64,000 bases of DNA from an uncultured delta proteobacterium (GTDB lineage: Bacteria; Myxococcota; Myxococcia; SLRQ01). Within the stretch, counting starts at the first letter, position 1; every line of letters starts with the position of its first letter. The stretch lies in NCBI GenBank assembly GCA_963727485.1, contig CAVSGM010000003.1, positions 224,001 to 288,000 of the forward strand. Direction: 5' to 3'. A program made the translations under genes and the position numbers. The notes below the pieces were generated by a model that saw only the letters and a program-made list of their open reading frames with translations, was not told the DNA's origin and did no database searches. Positions 44,388 through 54,764 of the stretch are shown one piece after another.

Positions 44388-45431
44388 TCAGGCCACCGGG
44401 TGGCCGTCGGCCCCGACCTCCCAGGTGTCGCCGCCGTGGAGCAGCCGGGCGATGTCGCCCTTGCCCCGGCTGGCCTCGACGGTCTCCACCTGCTCCCGGA
44501 GGAGGTCCTCGTAGGTGGGCCGCTGCACCCGCCGGAACACCCCGACCGGGGTGGGGAAGGCCGGCGGGGTGAGCCGCGAGAGCATGAAGGCGTAGGTCGG
44601 GTCCTCGATGTCCTCGTGGTGGACCACCAGGTCCGCCTCGGTCACCCCGTCCTCGCCGAGGGTGACCACCCGGGGGTGGCCGTCCTCGTCCATGGCGATG
44701 CCCTTGTTCCGCTCGGATCCGAAGACGAGGGGCTTGCCGTCCTCGAGGAAGAGGACGTGATCGGGCTTGGTGGCCTTCTCGGTGAGCAGGGAGAACGCGC
44801 CATCGTTGAAGATGTTGCAGTTCTGGTAGATCTCGATGAACGAGGTCCCGTGGTGGGCGGCGGCCTGCTTGAGGAGCTCCGAGAGGTGCTTGGGGTCCCG
44901 GTCGAGGCCCCGGGCCACGAAGGTGCCCTCGGAGCCGAGCGCGAGGCTCAAGGGGTTCACCGGCTGGTCCAGGGAGCCGAACGGCGTCGACTTGGTCTTC
45001 TTCCCGGCCTCGGAGGTGGGCGAGTACTGGCCCTTGGTGAGCCCGTAGATCCGGTTGTTGAAGAGCAGGATGTTGATGTCGGGGTTTCGGCGCAGGGCGT
45101 GGATGAGGTGGTTGCCGCCGATGGAGAGGGCGTCCCCGTCGCCGGTGATCACCCACACCGACAGCTCGGGGCGCGTCGCCTTGAGCCCGGTGGCCACCGC
45201 CGGCGCCCGGCCGTGGATGGTGTGCATCCCGTAGGTGGCCATGTAGTAGGGGAAGCGGCTGGAGCAGCCGATGCCCGAGATGAAGGCGTAGTCCTCGCGC
45301 TTGTAGGGCAGGTCCGGGAGGGTGCGCTGGACCGCGGCGAGGATGGCGTAGTCGCCGCAGCCCGGGCACCAGCGGACGTCGATGCCCGCGTCGAAGTCCT
45401 TCTTGGTGAGCTTGATCGCGGTCTCGGTCAT
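44388..45431 (-). CDS. korB: 2-oxoacid:ferredoxin oxidoreductase beta subunit
   Basis: WCPGCGD, SGIGCS, HGRA, GDGD..GGNH, YGLTKGQ. Confidence 0.93.
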   Translation of the reverse strand: MTETAIKLTKKDFDAGIDVRWCPGCGDYAILAAVQRTLPDLPYKREDYAFISGIGCSSRFPYYMATYGMHTIHGRAPAVATGLKATRPELSVWVITGDGDALSIGGNHLIHALRRNPDINILLFNNRIYGLTKGQYSPTSEAGKKTKSTPFGSLDQPVNPLSLALGSEGTFVARGLDRDPKHLSELLKQAAAHHGTSFIEIYQNCNIFNDGAFSLLTEKATKPDHVLFLEDGKPLVFGSERNKGIAMDEDGHPRVVTLGEDGVTEADLVVHHEDIEDPTYAFMLSRLTPPAFPTPVGVFRRVQRPTYEDLLREQVETVEASRGKGDIARLLHGGDTWEVGADGHPVA

Positions 45432-47296
45432 GACGACGCCTCCAGGGCCTCGTCGATGGCCCGGGTGATCTCGGATGTCTTGAAGGGCAGGCCCTTCACC
45501 TTGTTGAGGCCCTTGGCGTCGACCAGGAACTCGGCGCGCAACAGGCGCAGGAGCTGGCCGGCGTTGAGCTCGGCGACCATCACCCGCTTGAACCGCGCCA
45601 GGGTCGGCCCGACGTTTCGGGGCATCGGCGAGAGGTGGCGCAGGTGCAGGTGGCTGACCTTCTGGCCCTTCGCCCGGGCGTGCTCCACCGCGGCGGTGAG
45701 GGCGCCGTAGGTCGAGCCCCAGCCCACCAGGAGCAGGTCGCCCGAGTCGTCGCCCTGGAGCTCGGCGTCGGGGATGTCGTCGGCGATGCGGTCGATCTTC
45801 TCGCCGCGCAGGTGGATCATCCGCGCGTGGTTGTCCGGGTCGTAGGAGACGCCGCCGGTGACGTCCTGCTTCTCCAGGCCGCCGATGCGGTGCTCGAGGC
45901 CCGGCGTCCCCGGGCGCGCCCAGGGGCGGGCCAGGGTCTTCTCGTCCCGGAGGTAGGGGAAGAAGCCCTCGGGGTCGGTGCGGAACTTCACGCTCACCTC
46001 CGGGAGGTCCCCGGTCTCCGGGATCCGCCAGGGCTCGGCGCCGTTGGCGAGGTATCCGTCGGAGAGGAGGATCACCGGGGTCATGTACTTCACGGCGATG
46101 CGCGCCGCCTCCAGGGCCGCGTCGAAGCAGTCGACGGGGCTCTTGGCGGCGATGATGGCCACCGGGGCCTCGCCGTTGCGTCCGTACATCGCCTGGAGGA
46201 GGTCCGCCTGCTCGGTCTTGGTGGGCAGGCCGGTGGAGGGGCCGCCGCGCTGGACGGCGACCACCACCAGGGGCAGCTCGGCCATCACCGCGAGGCCCAC
46301 CGCCTCGGTCTTGAGGGCGAGCCCCGGACCGGAGGTGGAGGTGATCGCGAGGCTCCCGCCGAACGAGGCGCCGATGGCAGAGGCCACCGCCGCGATCTCG
46401 TCCTCGGCCTGGAAGGTGTAGACCCCGTACTCCTTGAGCCGGGAGAGCTCGTGGAGCAGGTCCGAGGCCGGGGTGATGGGGTAGCTGCCGAGGAAGAGCC
46501 GCAGCCCCGCCTTCTGGGCCGCCGCCACCAGGCCCATGGCGATGGCGCGGTTGCCCGTGAGGTTGACGTAGGTCCCGGGCTCGATGCCCGCGCGCGACGG
46601 CACCTCGTAGCGGCCCTGGAAGATCTCCGCGGTCTCGCCGTAGGCGTGGCCGGACTTGAGGGCCGTGGTGTTGGCGTCGATCAGCTGCTCCTTGCCCCGG
46701 AACTTCCGCTCGATCCACCCCAGGGTGGGCTCCAGCGGCCGGCTGTACATCCAGTAGAGGATGCCCAGGGTGAAGAAGTTCTTGCAGCGGTCGATCTCGC
46801 GGGTGGTCAGGCCCGAGTCCTTGAGGGCCTCGGCGGTGAGCCCGCCGATGTCCAAGGAGATGACCCGGTATCCGTCGAGGCTCCCGTCGTCGAGGGGGCT
46901 CTCGGTGTAGCCGGCCATCTTGAGGTTCTTGGCGATGAAGCCGCCGGTGTTCAGCACCAGGGTGCCGCCGGTCTTCACGTCGCCGAGGTTCCGCTTGAGG
47001 GCGGCGGGGTTCATGGCCACCAGCACGTCGAGGTCGTCACCGGGGGTGAAGATCTCGGAGCTGGAGAAGTTGAGCTGGAACCCGGAGACCCCTCCCAGGG
47101 TCCCGGCCGGCGCCCGGATCTCGGCCGGGTAGTCGGGGAGAGTGGCCAGGTCGTTGCCGACCAGGGCACTGGTGTTGGTGAACTGGGACCCGGTGAGCTG
47201 CATCCCATCGCCGGAATCACCGGCGAAACGGATGACTACCGCGTCCAGGGCTTCGACTTTTTCGTCGCGGGGGGACCGCGCGGAAGGTGCCGCCAT
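45428..47296 (-). CDS. korA: 2-oxoacid:ferredoxin oxidoreductase alpha subunit
   Basis: FAGDSGDGMQ, YPITPAS, QAEDE, TSGPG, QRGGPSTGLPT. Confidence 0.93.
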   Translation of the reverse strand: MAAPSARSPRDEKVEALDAVVIRFAGDSGDGMQLTGSQFTNTSALVGNDLATLPDYPAEIRAPAGTLGGVSGFQLNFSSSEIFTPGDDLDVLVAMNPAALKRNLGDVKTGGTLVLNTGGFIAKNLKMAGYTESPLDDGSLDGYRVISLDIGGLTAEALKDSGLTTREIDRCKNFFTLGILYWMYSRPLEPTLGWIERKFRGKEQLIDANTTALKSGHAYGETAEIFQGRYEVPSRAGIEPGTYVNLTGNRAIAMGLVAAAQKAGLRLFLGSYPITPASDLLHELSRLKEYGVYTFQAEDEIAAVASAIGASFGGSLAITSTSGPGLALKTEAVGLAVMAELPLVVVAVQRGGPSTGLPTKTEQADLLQAMYGRNGEAPVAIIAAKSPVDCFDAALEAARIAVKYMTPVILLSDGYLANGAEPWRIPETGDLPEVSVKFRTDPEGFFPYLRDEKTLARPWARPGTPGLEHRIGGLEKQDVTGGVSYDPDNHARMIHLRGEKIDRIADDIPDAELQGDDSGDLLLVGWGSTYGALTAAVEHARAKGQKVSHLHLRHLSPMPRNVGPTLARFKRVMVAELNAGQLLRLLRAEFLVDAKGLNKVKGLPFKTSEITRAIDEALEASS

Positions 47297-47488
47297 GGGG
47301 GGATCTCTCGATGGCACTGCGGGCCGAGGGGCGTGAGTCCGCCGGGGTGTGGCCCGTTACCGGGGCGGGCTGGCTCCGGCGAAGTCTATACCACTCGGGA
47401 CTCGCATCAACCTGCTGTCGTCATTTGTGTTTCTGGTAAGCCACCCGGCCGGTCCGGAGCGGGGTCGCCCAGGCGGAACGGGGTCGCC

Positions 47489-47535
47489 TTGACAGGGGGG
47501 GGATCGGGACCTAACCAAACAGAGAATCATTCTCT
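47489..47535 (+). promoter_or_regulatory. perR promoter with perfect 7-1-7 Fur/Per-type box
   Basis: TTGACA (47489)-17 bp-TAACCA; AGAGAAT-C-ATTCTCT at 47521..47535. Confidence 0.75.
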
Positions 47536-47552
47536 CGTAGGCAGGACCCGAC

Positions 47553-48002
47553 ATGCTCAATGAATCCCAGGTCGACGAACGGATGCAGGCCTTCGTGGCC
47601 GTCTGCCGGGAGCGAGGCCTCTCGGTCACCCCCCAGCGGCTGGTGCTCTACAAGGCGCTGCTGAACACGACCGCCCATCCCTCTCCCGAGGGCCTCTTCG
47701 AGGAGGTCCGGGCCCAGATGCCCACCCTCTCCCTGGCGACGGTCTACAAGACCGTGGAGACCCTCAAGGACCTGGGTCTGGTCCAGGAGGTCAACCCCCT
47801 CCACGACCGGATGCGCCTCGACGCCAACATGGACCCGCATCACCATCTCGTGTGCGTGCGGTGCCGCGAGGTGGTCGACATCCACAGCGGCGACCTCGAC
47901 ACCCTGGCGCTCCCCGCCGAGCTCAAGCGCGGCTACGCCGTGTTCAACCACTCGGTGCAGTTCAGCGGCCTCTGCGCCGCCTGTCGCAAGGGCGTGCAGT
48001 AG
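47553..48002 (+). CDS. perR: Fur-family repressor, PerR-like
   Basis: TPQR, HPS, SLATVYK, RLDANMDPHHHLVCVRC, VVDI, CAAC; His/Asp ligand set typical of PerR; adjacent to rubrerythrin. Confidence 0.8.
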   Translation: MLNESQVDERMQAFVAVCRERGLSVTPQRLVLYKALLNTTAHPSPEGLFEEVRAQMPTLSLATVYKTVETLKDLGLVQEVNPLHDRMRLDANMDPHHHLVCVRCREVVDIHSGDLDTLALPAELKRGYAVFNHSVQFSGLCAACRKGVQ

Positions 48003-48159
48003 GGCGCCGGGGGTGGGGGCCGGCGCCCGGGGATCCCGGGCGTCCGGGGCGGACTTCGTCGACGGGGTGGCCCGCCCCCCGTGGCGGACCTAGCCTTGGG
48101 CTTGGGGGTCGCGCCGCGCGCCGACTCGAGAGGCGGGAGACCCGCCATCGGCGGCGCCC

Positions 48160-48190
48160 TTGACAGCGTCTGGATCGAGAACCATTCTCC
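48160..48190 (+). promoter_or_regulatory. Rubrerythrin promoter with second Fur/Per-type box
   Basis: TTGACA (48160)-17 bp-CATTCT overlapped by GAGAACCATTCTC (48177..48189). Confidence 0.75.
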
Positions 48191-48253
48191 ATCGCGCCGT
48201 CGGGGATATCCCGTCGGACACCCGAACCCAAGCACAGATCAGGAGACGTACCC

Positions 48254-48673
<420 letters not shown>

Positions 48674-48799
48674 CGGCCGCGCGCCGTCAGTCGCACGGGC
48701 CCGCGCCGCGGGCTGCGTGACCGTCCGCCGGTGTCGCCGGCGGGCTCGGAGGAGGCCGGGTCGCGATTCGCACCCGGCCTCGTTTGCAGGAGGGCGCCG

Positions 48800-50082
48800 A
48801 TGCGGGGATTCGATCCCGACCACCACGACTTCTATGACCGGCAGGACCTCGATGCGGAGATGGACCGCATCTTCGACATCTGTCACGGCTGCCGGCTCTG
48901 CTTCAACCTCTGCCCCTCGTTCCCGGCGCTCTTCGACGCCATCGACGAGGGGGACCTCGACCCCAAGGAGGTCCCGGCGGGGGTGAGGCAGGAGGTGGTG
49001 GACCTCTGCTACAACTGCAAGCTCTGCTTTCCCAAGTGCCCCTACACCCCGCCGCACCAGTACGAGCTGGACTTCCCGGCGCTGATGCTCCGGGCCAAGA
49101 CGGTGAAGGCCAAGCACCAGGGGATCACCACCCGGGACAAGTTCCTCGGCAACCCGGGCCTGGTGGCGAAGATCGGCGGGGTGAGCCCGGGGCTGACCAA
49201 CGCGGTGAACGCCAAGGGCAGCCTCCCCCGCAAGGGCATGGAGCTGGTGCTGGGCATCGAGGCCGACCGGCACCTCCCGCCCATCGCCCCCGAGCCCTTC
49301 GAGAAGTGGTTCAATCGGCGTGGGCCCTCGCAGGCCCCGGGGGAACCAAGAAGGGCACGGTGGCGCTCTTCCACACCTGCTCCCTGAACTACAACTGGCC
49401 CGGGGCGGCGCGGGCCCTGGTCGAGGTGCTCGAGCACAACGGCTACGAGGTCGTCCGCCCGCCCCAGAAGTGCTGCGGGATGCCCGCCCTCGACGGGGGC
49501 GACGTGGACCTCGCCAAGACCTGGGCCCGGGAGAACCTCGACACCCTCTACCCGGCCCTCGAGGACGGGTGCGAGATCGTCATCCCCGGCCCGAGCTGCT
49601 CGATGATGATCCGCCACGACTGGCCGGTGCTCCTCAAGGAGGCCCGGGCCGAGGCGGTGGCCGAGCAGGCCTTCGACGCCGCGGAGTTCCTGATGAAGCT
49701 CGCGAAGGCCGGGGAGCTCGACACCGACTTCGTGTGGCACCCCGAGAAGATCGCCTACCACCAGCCCTGCCACCTCAAGGTGCAGAACCTGGGCGTCCCC
49801 GGCCGGGACCTGATGAAGCTCACCGGCGCCGAGGTGACGCTGGTGGACAAGTGCTCGGGGATGGACGGCACCTGGGGGATGAAGAAGCAGTACTTCGACC
49901 TCTCGATGAAGCAGGCCGGCAAGCTCGCAAGGGGCCTCGCCGACGTGGGCGCCGAGGTCCTCGCCTCGGACTGCCCGCTCGCGTCCCTCCAGGTCGAGGA
50001 CGCCGGCCAGGCGCGACCCCTCCATCCGGTGGAAGTGCTCCACCGGGCCTACGGTCTGGGGCCCGCGCCGAAGGAGACGTGA
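48800..50082 (+). CDS. Rubrerythrin-associated Fe-S oxidoreductase (GlpC/HdrD-like, CCG domains; frameshift near 49345)
   Basis: [49 protein letters not shown] in the next frame. Confidence 0.85.
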
Positions 50083-50690
50083 TGGACAAGCTCGCACGCA
50101 AGGATCTGCTCCCCCTCGACGTCTACGAGCAGGTGCGCTCCGACTGGCGCCAGGGGATCATCGAGTACAAGCGGAACCGGCGGGTGCAGGTCGGCGACCG
50201 GATCACCCTGGTCTTCGAGAACCGGAAGACCATGCGGTGGCAGGTGATGGAGATGCTCCGGGCCGAGCACATCAAGGACCCCGGGGCCATCGACGCCGAG
50301 CTCGAGGTCTACAACGCCCTGGTGCCCGGGGACGGAGAGCTCATCGCCACCATGTACATCGCCTTCTCCGAGACCGACCGGGTGCGCGAGGAGATGCCGC
50401 GCTTCCTCGGGACCGACCAGTCGGTGTGGCTGGTGGCCGGCGACCACGCCGTCCACGCCGAGCCCGAGGCCGGTCACAGCAAGGAGGACCGGATCAGCGC
50501 GGTCCAGTACCTCTTCTTCCACCTCGACGCCGCCGCGGCCAAGGCGCTGGCGACCCCGGGGACCGAGGTGCGCCTGGAGGTCCGCCACGAGCACGCGGCG
50601 GCGCGCCAGGTGCTCACCGAGCAGACGCGGGCGAGCCTCGCCGAGGACCTCGCCGGGGGCCCGAAGGCCGGGCCGGCACCTCGCTCCTAG
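50082..50690 (+). CDS. DUF3501 family protein
   Basis: RRVQVGD..LVFEN..QVMEMLRAE, YNALVP, SAVQYL; canonical position after rubrerythrin and oxidoreductase. Confidence 0.85.
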   Translation: MDKLARKDLLPLDVYEQVRSDWRQGIIEYKRNRRVQVGDRITLVFENRKTMRWQVMEMLRAEHIKDPGAIDAELEVYNALVPGDGELIATMYIAFSETDRVREEMPRFLGTDQSVWLVAGDHAVHAEPEAGHSKEDRISAVQYLFFHLDAAAAKALATPGTEVRLEVRHEHAAARQVLTEQTRASLAEDLAGGPKAGPAPRS

Positions 50691-51685
50691 CCGCGGCCCT
50701 TGCCGGCGCCGGTCTTCTTGCGCCGGCTCGAGCCCTTGGGGGCGCGGCCCCGGGAGGCGGCGGGGGCCTTGGCGGCCTTCCCCGAGCTCCGGGGGGACCG
50801 GTGGGCGGTGCCGTTGGGCCCCTTCTTGGGCCGGGTCTCGGCGTCGACCACCGGCGCGTAGTCGAGGACCATCCCCTCCTGGGCGGCGACGGCGCCGGCG
50901 AAGAGCTGGCGCGCGGCGCGCTCGATGGCGGCGACCTCGGGGTCGGTGCGCTCGGGGAGGTGGTGGAAGATGATGAACTGCCCGACCTCGGCGGCCTTGG
51001 CGATGTCGACGCCGGCGCGCCAGGTGGAGTGGCCCCAGCCGATGTGGCCGGCGTACTCGGCGTCGGTGTAGGTCGAGTCGTAGATGAGGGCGTCGGCGCC
51101 CCTGGCCAGCTCGATGAGGGCCCCGTCGGTCTCCGGGTCGTGCTCGATGTCGGTGGCGTAGACCACCGCGCGACCGGCGTGGTCGACCCGGTAGCCGATG
51201 GCATCGCCGGGGTGGTTGAGGCGGCACACCTTCACGGTCACCCCGTCGAGCTCCACCACCTCGCCCGGGGTCAGGGAGTGGACCCGGACGTCGCACCGGG
51301 CCTCCTCCTGCATGGTCACCGGGAAGTAGGGGGCCAGCATCTGGCCCGAGAGGATCTCCCCGACGTCCCGGCCGTCCTTGCTCTCGCCGTAGAGGTGGAG
51401 CTCGTTCCCCGGGACGAAGAGCGGCCCGAAGAAGGGGAACCCCATGATGTGGTCCCAGTGGTAGTGGGTGAAGAACACGTGCCCGGTGATGGGCATCTGG
51501 GGGGCCAGGACGTTGCCCAGCTCCCGGATGCCGCTGCCGGCGTCGAAGACCAGCAGGTGGCCCCCGGCCCGGATCTCCACGCAGGAGGTGTTCCCCCCGT
51601 AGCGCGAGGTGCGGGCGCCGGGGGAGGGCAGGGAGCCACGGGTGCCCCAGAAGCGGACGGTCAACCCGCCGCCGTCATGGAACAT
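50687..51685 (-). CDS. MBL-fold metallo-hydrolase with basic C-terminal tail
   Basis: FWGTRGS, YGGNTSC, DAGSG, THYHWDH, GWGHS, FHH. Confidence 0.88.
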   Translation of the reverse strand: MFHDGGGLTVRFWGTRGSLPSPGARTSRYGGNTSCVEIRAGGHLLVFDAGSGIRELGNVLAPQMPITGHVFFTHYHWDHIMGFPFFGPLFVPGNELHLYGESKDGRDVGEILSGQMLAPYFPVTMQEEARCDVRVHSLTPGEVVELDGVTVKVCRLNHPGDAIGYRVDHAGRAVVYATDIEHDPETDGALIELARGADALIYDSTYTDAEYAGHIGWGHSTWRAGVDIAKAAEVGQFIIFHHLPERTDPEVAAIERAARQLFAGAVAAQEGMVLDYAPVVDAETRPKKGPNGTAHRSPRSSGKAAKAPAASRGRAPKGSSRRKKTGAGKGRG

Positions 51686-51881
51686 GGAGCCCTCCTCCGA
51701 TTGGCCCGGGGCGGTGCATGCGTGCCTGGTCGCGTCCCTTGCGCTCCACCCGCCCGTGGCGTAAGTGCGGGCAGGGACGTGCTTTTGGGACTGTAGCCGC
51801 GGTCGCGCGTCCCGCGCAAGAAAATCGGGGCCGGGCAGCGGGCATGGCACCCAGGCTCGCACCGGTCGCGGGTCCGGACAC

Positions 51882-52169
51882 ATGATCGATATCACACTCG
51901 GCCCGGACCACCACCGCCTCGAGGGGCGCCCCGGGGAGCGTCTCCTCGACGTGGCCCACGCGGGGGGCGTGCCCCTGCGCTACGCCTGCCGGCGGGCGGA
52001 CTGTGGCACCTGCGCGGTGCGGGTCAGCGGCCCGGGCCTCGAGGCCCCGGGGCCCGACGAGGTGGCGGTCCTGCGCCACCTGGGGCTGGCCCCGGAGACC
52101 CACCGGCTGGCCTGCCAGGCCCGGATTGCCCCGGGTGAGGTCGCGCTCGTGGTGGATATCCCCCGGTAA
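51882..52169 (+). CDS. 2Fe-2S ferredoxin
   Basis: CRRADCGTC...RLACQ. Confidence 0.85.
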   Translation: MIDITLGPDHHRLEGRPGERLLDVAHAGGVPLRYACRRADCGTCAVRVSGPGLEAPGPDEVAVLRHLGLAPETHRLACQARIAPGEVALVVDIPR

Positions 52170-52434
52170 AGGGGGGCTTCTCCCCGCCGATGGATCCGCG
52201 TCCCCAGGTGTGGGGAGGCGGCCTGGCGAATATCCGTCGCCGTCGCCTGTTCCCATGACGCAGGGCGGCACGACGAATGGGCCGCACGCGGGGTGCGTAG
52301 CCAACCTGGGACTGGGAGCGAAGCACCCGGCAGAGTCGAAGGCCGGGGTTGCCAAGGTCAGATAGCGGGTTACTTTTGCCGGCGAATCGTTCTCCATTAT
52401 CGGGGAACGGCCCCAGCCGGGATACGAGGACGCC

Positions 52435-53332
52435 ATGAGCAAGTCCATCCTCCAGGACAAGGAGTACCTGCGGTACATCCGCGAGATTCAGCGCTATCCC
52501 CTCCTCAAACCCGAGGAGGAGAAGGCGCTGGCCTATCGCGCCCGTGAGGGGGACCGGGTGGCGGTCGAGCGGCTGGTCACGGCGAACCTCCGGTTCGTGG
52601 TGAAGGTCGCCCTCCAGTACCGGGGCTACGGCTTCCGGCTCCTGGACCTGATCCAGGAGGGGAACCTGGGCCTGATGCAGGGGGTCGAGAAGTTCGACCC
52701 GGACCGGGGCTTCCGCCTGGTCACCTACGCGGTCCACTGGATCCGCGCCTACATCCGCTCGTTCATCCTCAAGCAGTGGAGCCTGGTGCGCGTGGGGACC
52801 ACCCACGCCGAGCGGCGCCTCTTCTACCGGCTGCCCAAGGCCCGGCGGGAGCTGGGCGCGGCGGCCGAGGGCGCCCCCCAGGAGGTGCTGGCGGCCCTGG
52901 CCAAGCACCTCGACGCCACCGAGGACGAGGTCAAGAACGCCGAGCAGCGCATCTACGGCCGGGACCTCTCGCTCCAGACCCCGCTCCAGAGCACCGACGG
53001 CGACCGCACCATGGAGGACGTGATCCCCGACGAGCACGGCCTCGATCAGGCCGAGACGGTGATCCGCCGCAACGAGCAGGCGGCCCTGCGCGGGGCCATC
53101 GAGCAGGCCATCGAGGCCCTCGACGACCGGGAGCGGTACATCATCCGCCGGCGCTACCTCGGTGACGAGAAGGCCACCCTCCAGGGAGATCGGCGACGAG
53201 CTCGGGCTGTCCCGGGAGCGGGTGCGCCAGCTGGAGACCGTGGCCAAGGCCCGCCTCGAGGACACCCTGCGGCGCGACGCCTCGGACCTCGTCGAGGACA
53301 CCTTCGGCGAGGCGCTCCACGCCGACGCCTAG
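52435..53332 (+). CDS. Sigma-32 (RpoH)-family sigma factor (frameshift near 53185)
   Basis: ANLRFVVKVA, DLIQEGNLGL, YAVHWIRA, RpoH-box-like ERRLFYRL; region 4 EIGDELGLSRERVRQLE in the next frame. Confidence 0.85.
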
Positions 53333-53403
53333 GGTCGACTCCGCGGCCGGGGGCTTGAACCCCCGGCCAAAGGTTGCCACCCTGTGCGTGGGGGAGGCAG
53401 TCC

Positions 53404-53847
53404 ATGGCACGCATCTTCACGGTGTCCGAGGCGAACGGGCTGGTGCCCGAGCTCGCCACCACCTTCGAGCGGATCGCGAGGCTCCGGCGGCACATCGCCG
53501 AGCACCTGGTCGATCTCGAGGCCGGCGGCCTGGAGATCGATCTCCGGGAGCCCCTGGAGGCCCAGCTCGAGGGCGTGCCCCACGACCGGCGGCCCGAGTT
53601 CCTGCGGCTGCTCCAGATGGTCAAGGAGATCGCCCACACGGTGCAGCGGCTCAACGACCAGGGGTGCGTGGTCAAGGACCTCGACCTGGGCACGGTGGAC
53701 TTCTACTCGGTGGTCGACGGGCAGCCGGTGTGGCTGTGCTGGCAGTACGGCGAGCGGAAGGTCGCCCACTACCACCCCCTGGACCAGGGCTTCGCCGACC
53801 GGTCGCGTCTCACGGGTGAGAAGCACCCGGGGGTGCTGTACAACTAG
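53404..53847 (+). CDS. DUF2203 family protein
   Basis: FTVSEANGLVP, VKDLDLGTVDF, LCWQYGE, HYH..GF. Confidence 0.8.
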   Translation: MARIFTVSEANGLVPELATTFERIARLRRHIAEHLVDLEAGGLEIDLREPLEAQLEGVPHDRRPEFLRLLQMVKEIAHTVQRLNDQGCVVKDLDLGTVDFYSVVDGQPVWLCWQYGERKVAHYHPLDQGFADRSRLTGEKHPGVLYN

Positions 53848-53853
53848 GCGGTC

Positions 53854-54486
53854 ATGTCCCACGTCCCCGACCGCCTCGCCACCACGCCGCTGCCCACCCT
53901 CCACGGCACCTTCACCTGTGTCGCCTTCGCCGATCCCCAGGATCCGGCGGTGACCCACGTGGCGATGGTGCGCGGTGACGTCGCCGGCGACGCGCCGGTG
54001 CCGGTGCGCGTCCACTCCGAGTGCTTCACCGGCGAGGTCCTCCACTCGGTGAAGTGCGACTGCCGGCGCCAGCTCGACGCGGCCCTCGATCACATCGACC
54101 GCGCCGATCGTGGGGTGGTGGTCTACCTGCGCCAGGAGGGGCGGGGCATCGGGCTGGTGGCCAAGCTCAAGGCCTACGCGCTCCAGGCCGGCGAGGGGCT
54201 CGACACCGTCGACGCCAACCGGCGCCTGGGCCTCCCCGACGACGCCCGGAGCTACGAGGTCGCCGCGGGGATCCTCCAGGCGCTGGGGGTGAAGCGCGTG
54301 GAGCTGTTGACCAACAACCCCGCCAAGGTCGCCGGGCTCGAGAAGGCGGGGATCGCGGTGGTGCGCCGGGTGCCGGTGGTGGTCGCGCAGGGGGACGCGG
54401 CGCGGGCGTACCTGGAGACCAAGGTGGCGCGGATGGGGCACGTGCTCGGGCCGGACGGCAGCGACCCGGACAAGAAGGCCGGGTAG
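53854..54486 (+). CDS. ribA: GTP cyclohydrolase II
   Basis: VRVHSECFTGE, CDC, QEGRGIGL, LLTNNP. Confidence 0.95.
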   Translation: MSHVPDRLATTPLPTLHGTFTCVAFADPQDPAVTHVAMVRGDVAGDAPVPVRVHSECFTGEVLHSVKCDCRRQLDAALDHIDRADRGVVVYLRQEGRGIGLVAKLKAYALQAGEGLDTVDANRRLGLPDDARSYEVAAGILQALGVKRVELLTNNPAKVAGLEKAGIAVVRRVPVVVAQGDAARAYLETKVARMGHVLGPDGSDPDKKAG

Positions 54487-54764
54487 CAGGTTGGCCGAGC
54501 CGGCGGCGGGCGCCGGCGCCCGCAGGGCGTCACCGTGTGCGGCGACATCCACCGCCGCGCCGGTCCTGATTCGGCGGACATCCCGACGCGCAGTCCACGC
54601 GACCGACGCCGGCGACGCGGCACGGGCAAGCCTGGTGCAGGATGCAGGCACCGAGTGGCACGGAGCCTGGTTCAGACCGGCCCCGCGACAAATGGCGCCA
54701 GGGTCACCGCCGGTTCGTGCCCGCCGGCTGGCGTACGGGGGCCGCCGCCGTGGGCCGCGCCCCG

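Noticed and set aside
53848..53853. FMN riboswitch before ribA (and Moco or SAH riboswitches elsewhere)
   Set aside because: Only 6 nt precede ribA; no recognisable aptamer before moaA; the ahcY leader is outside the window
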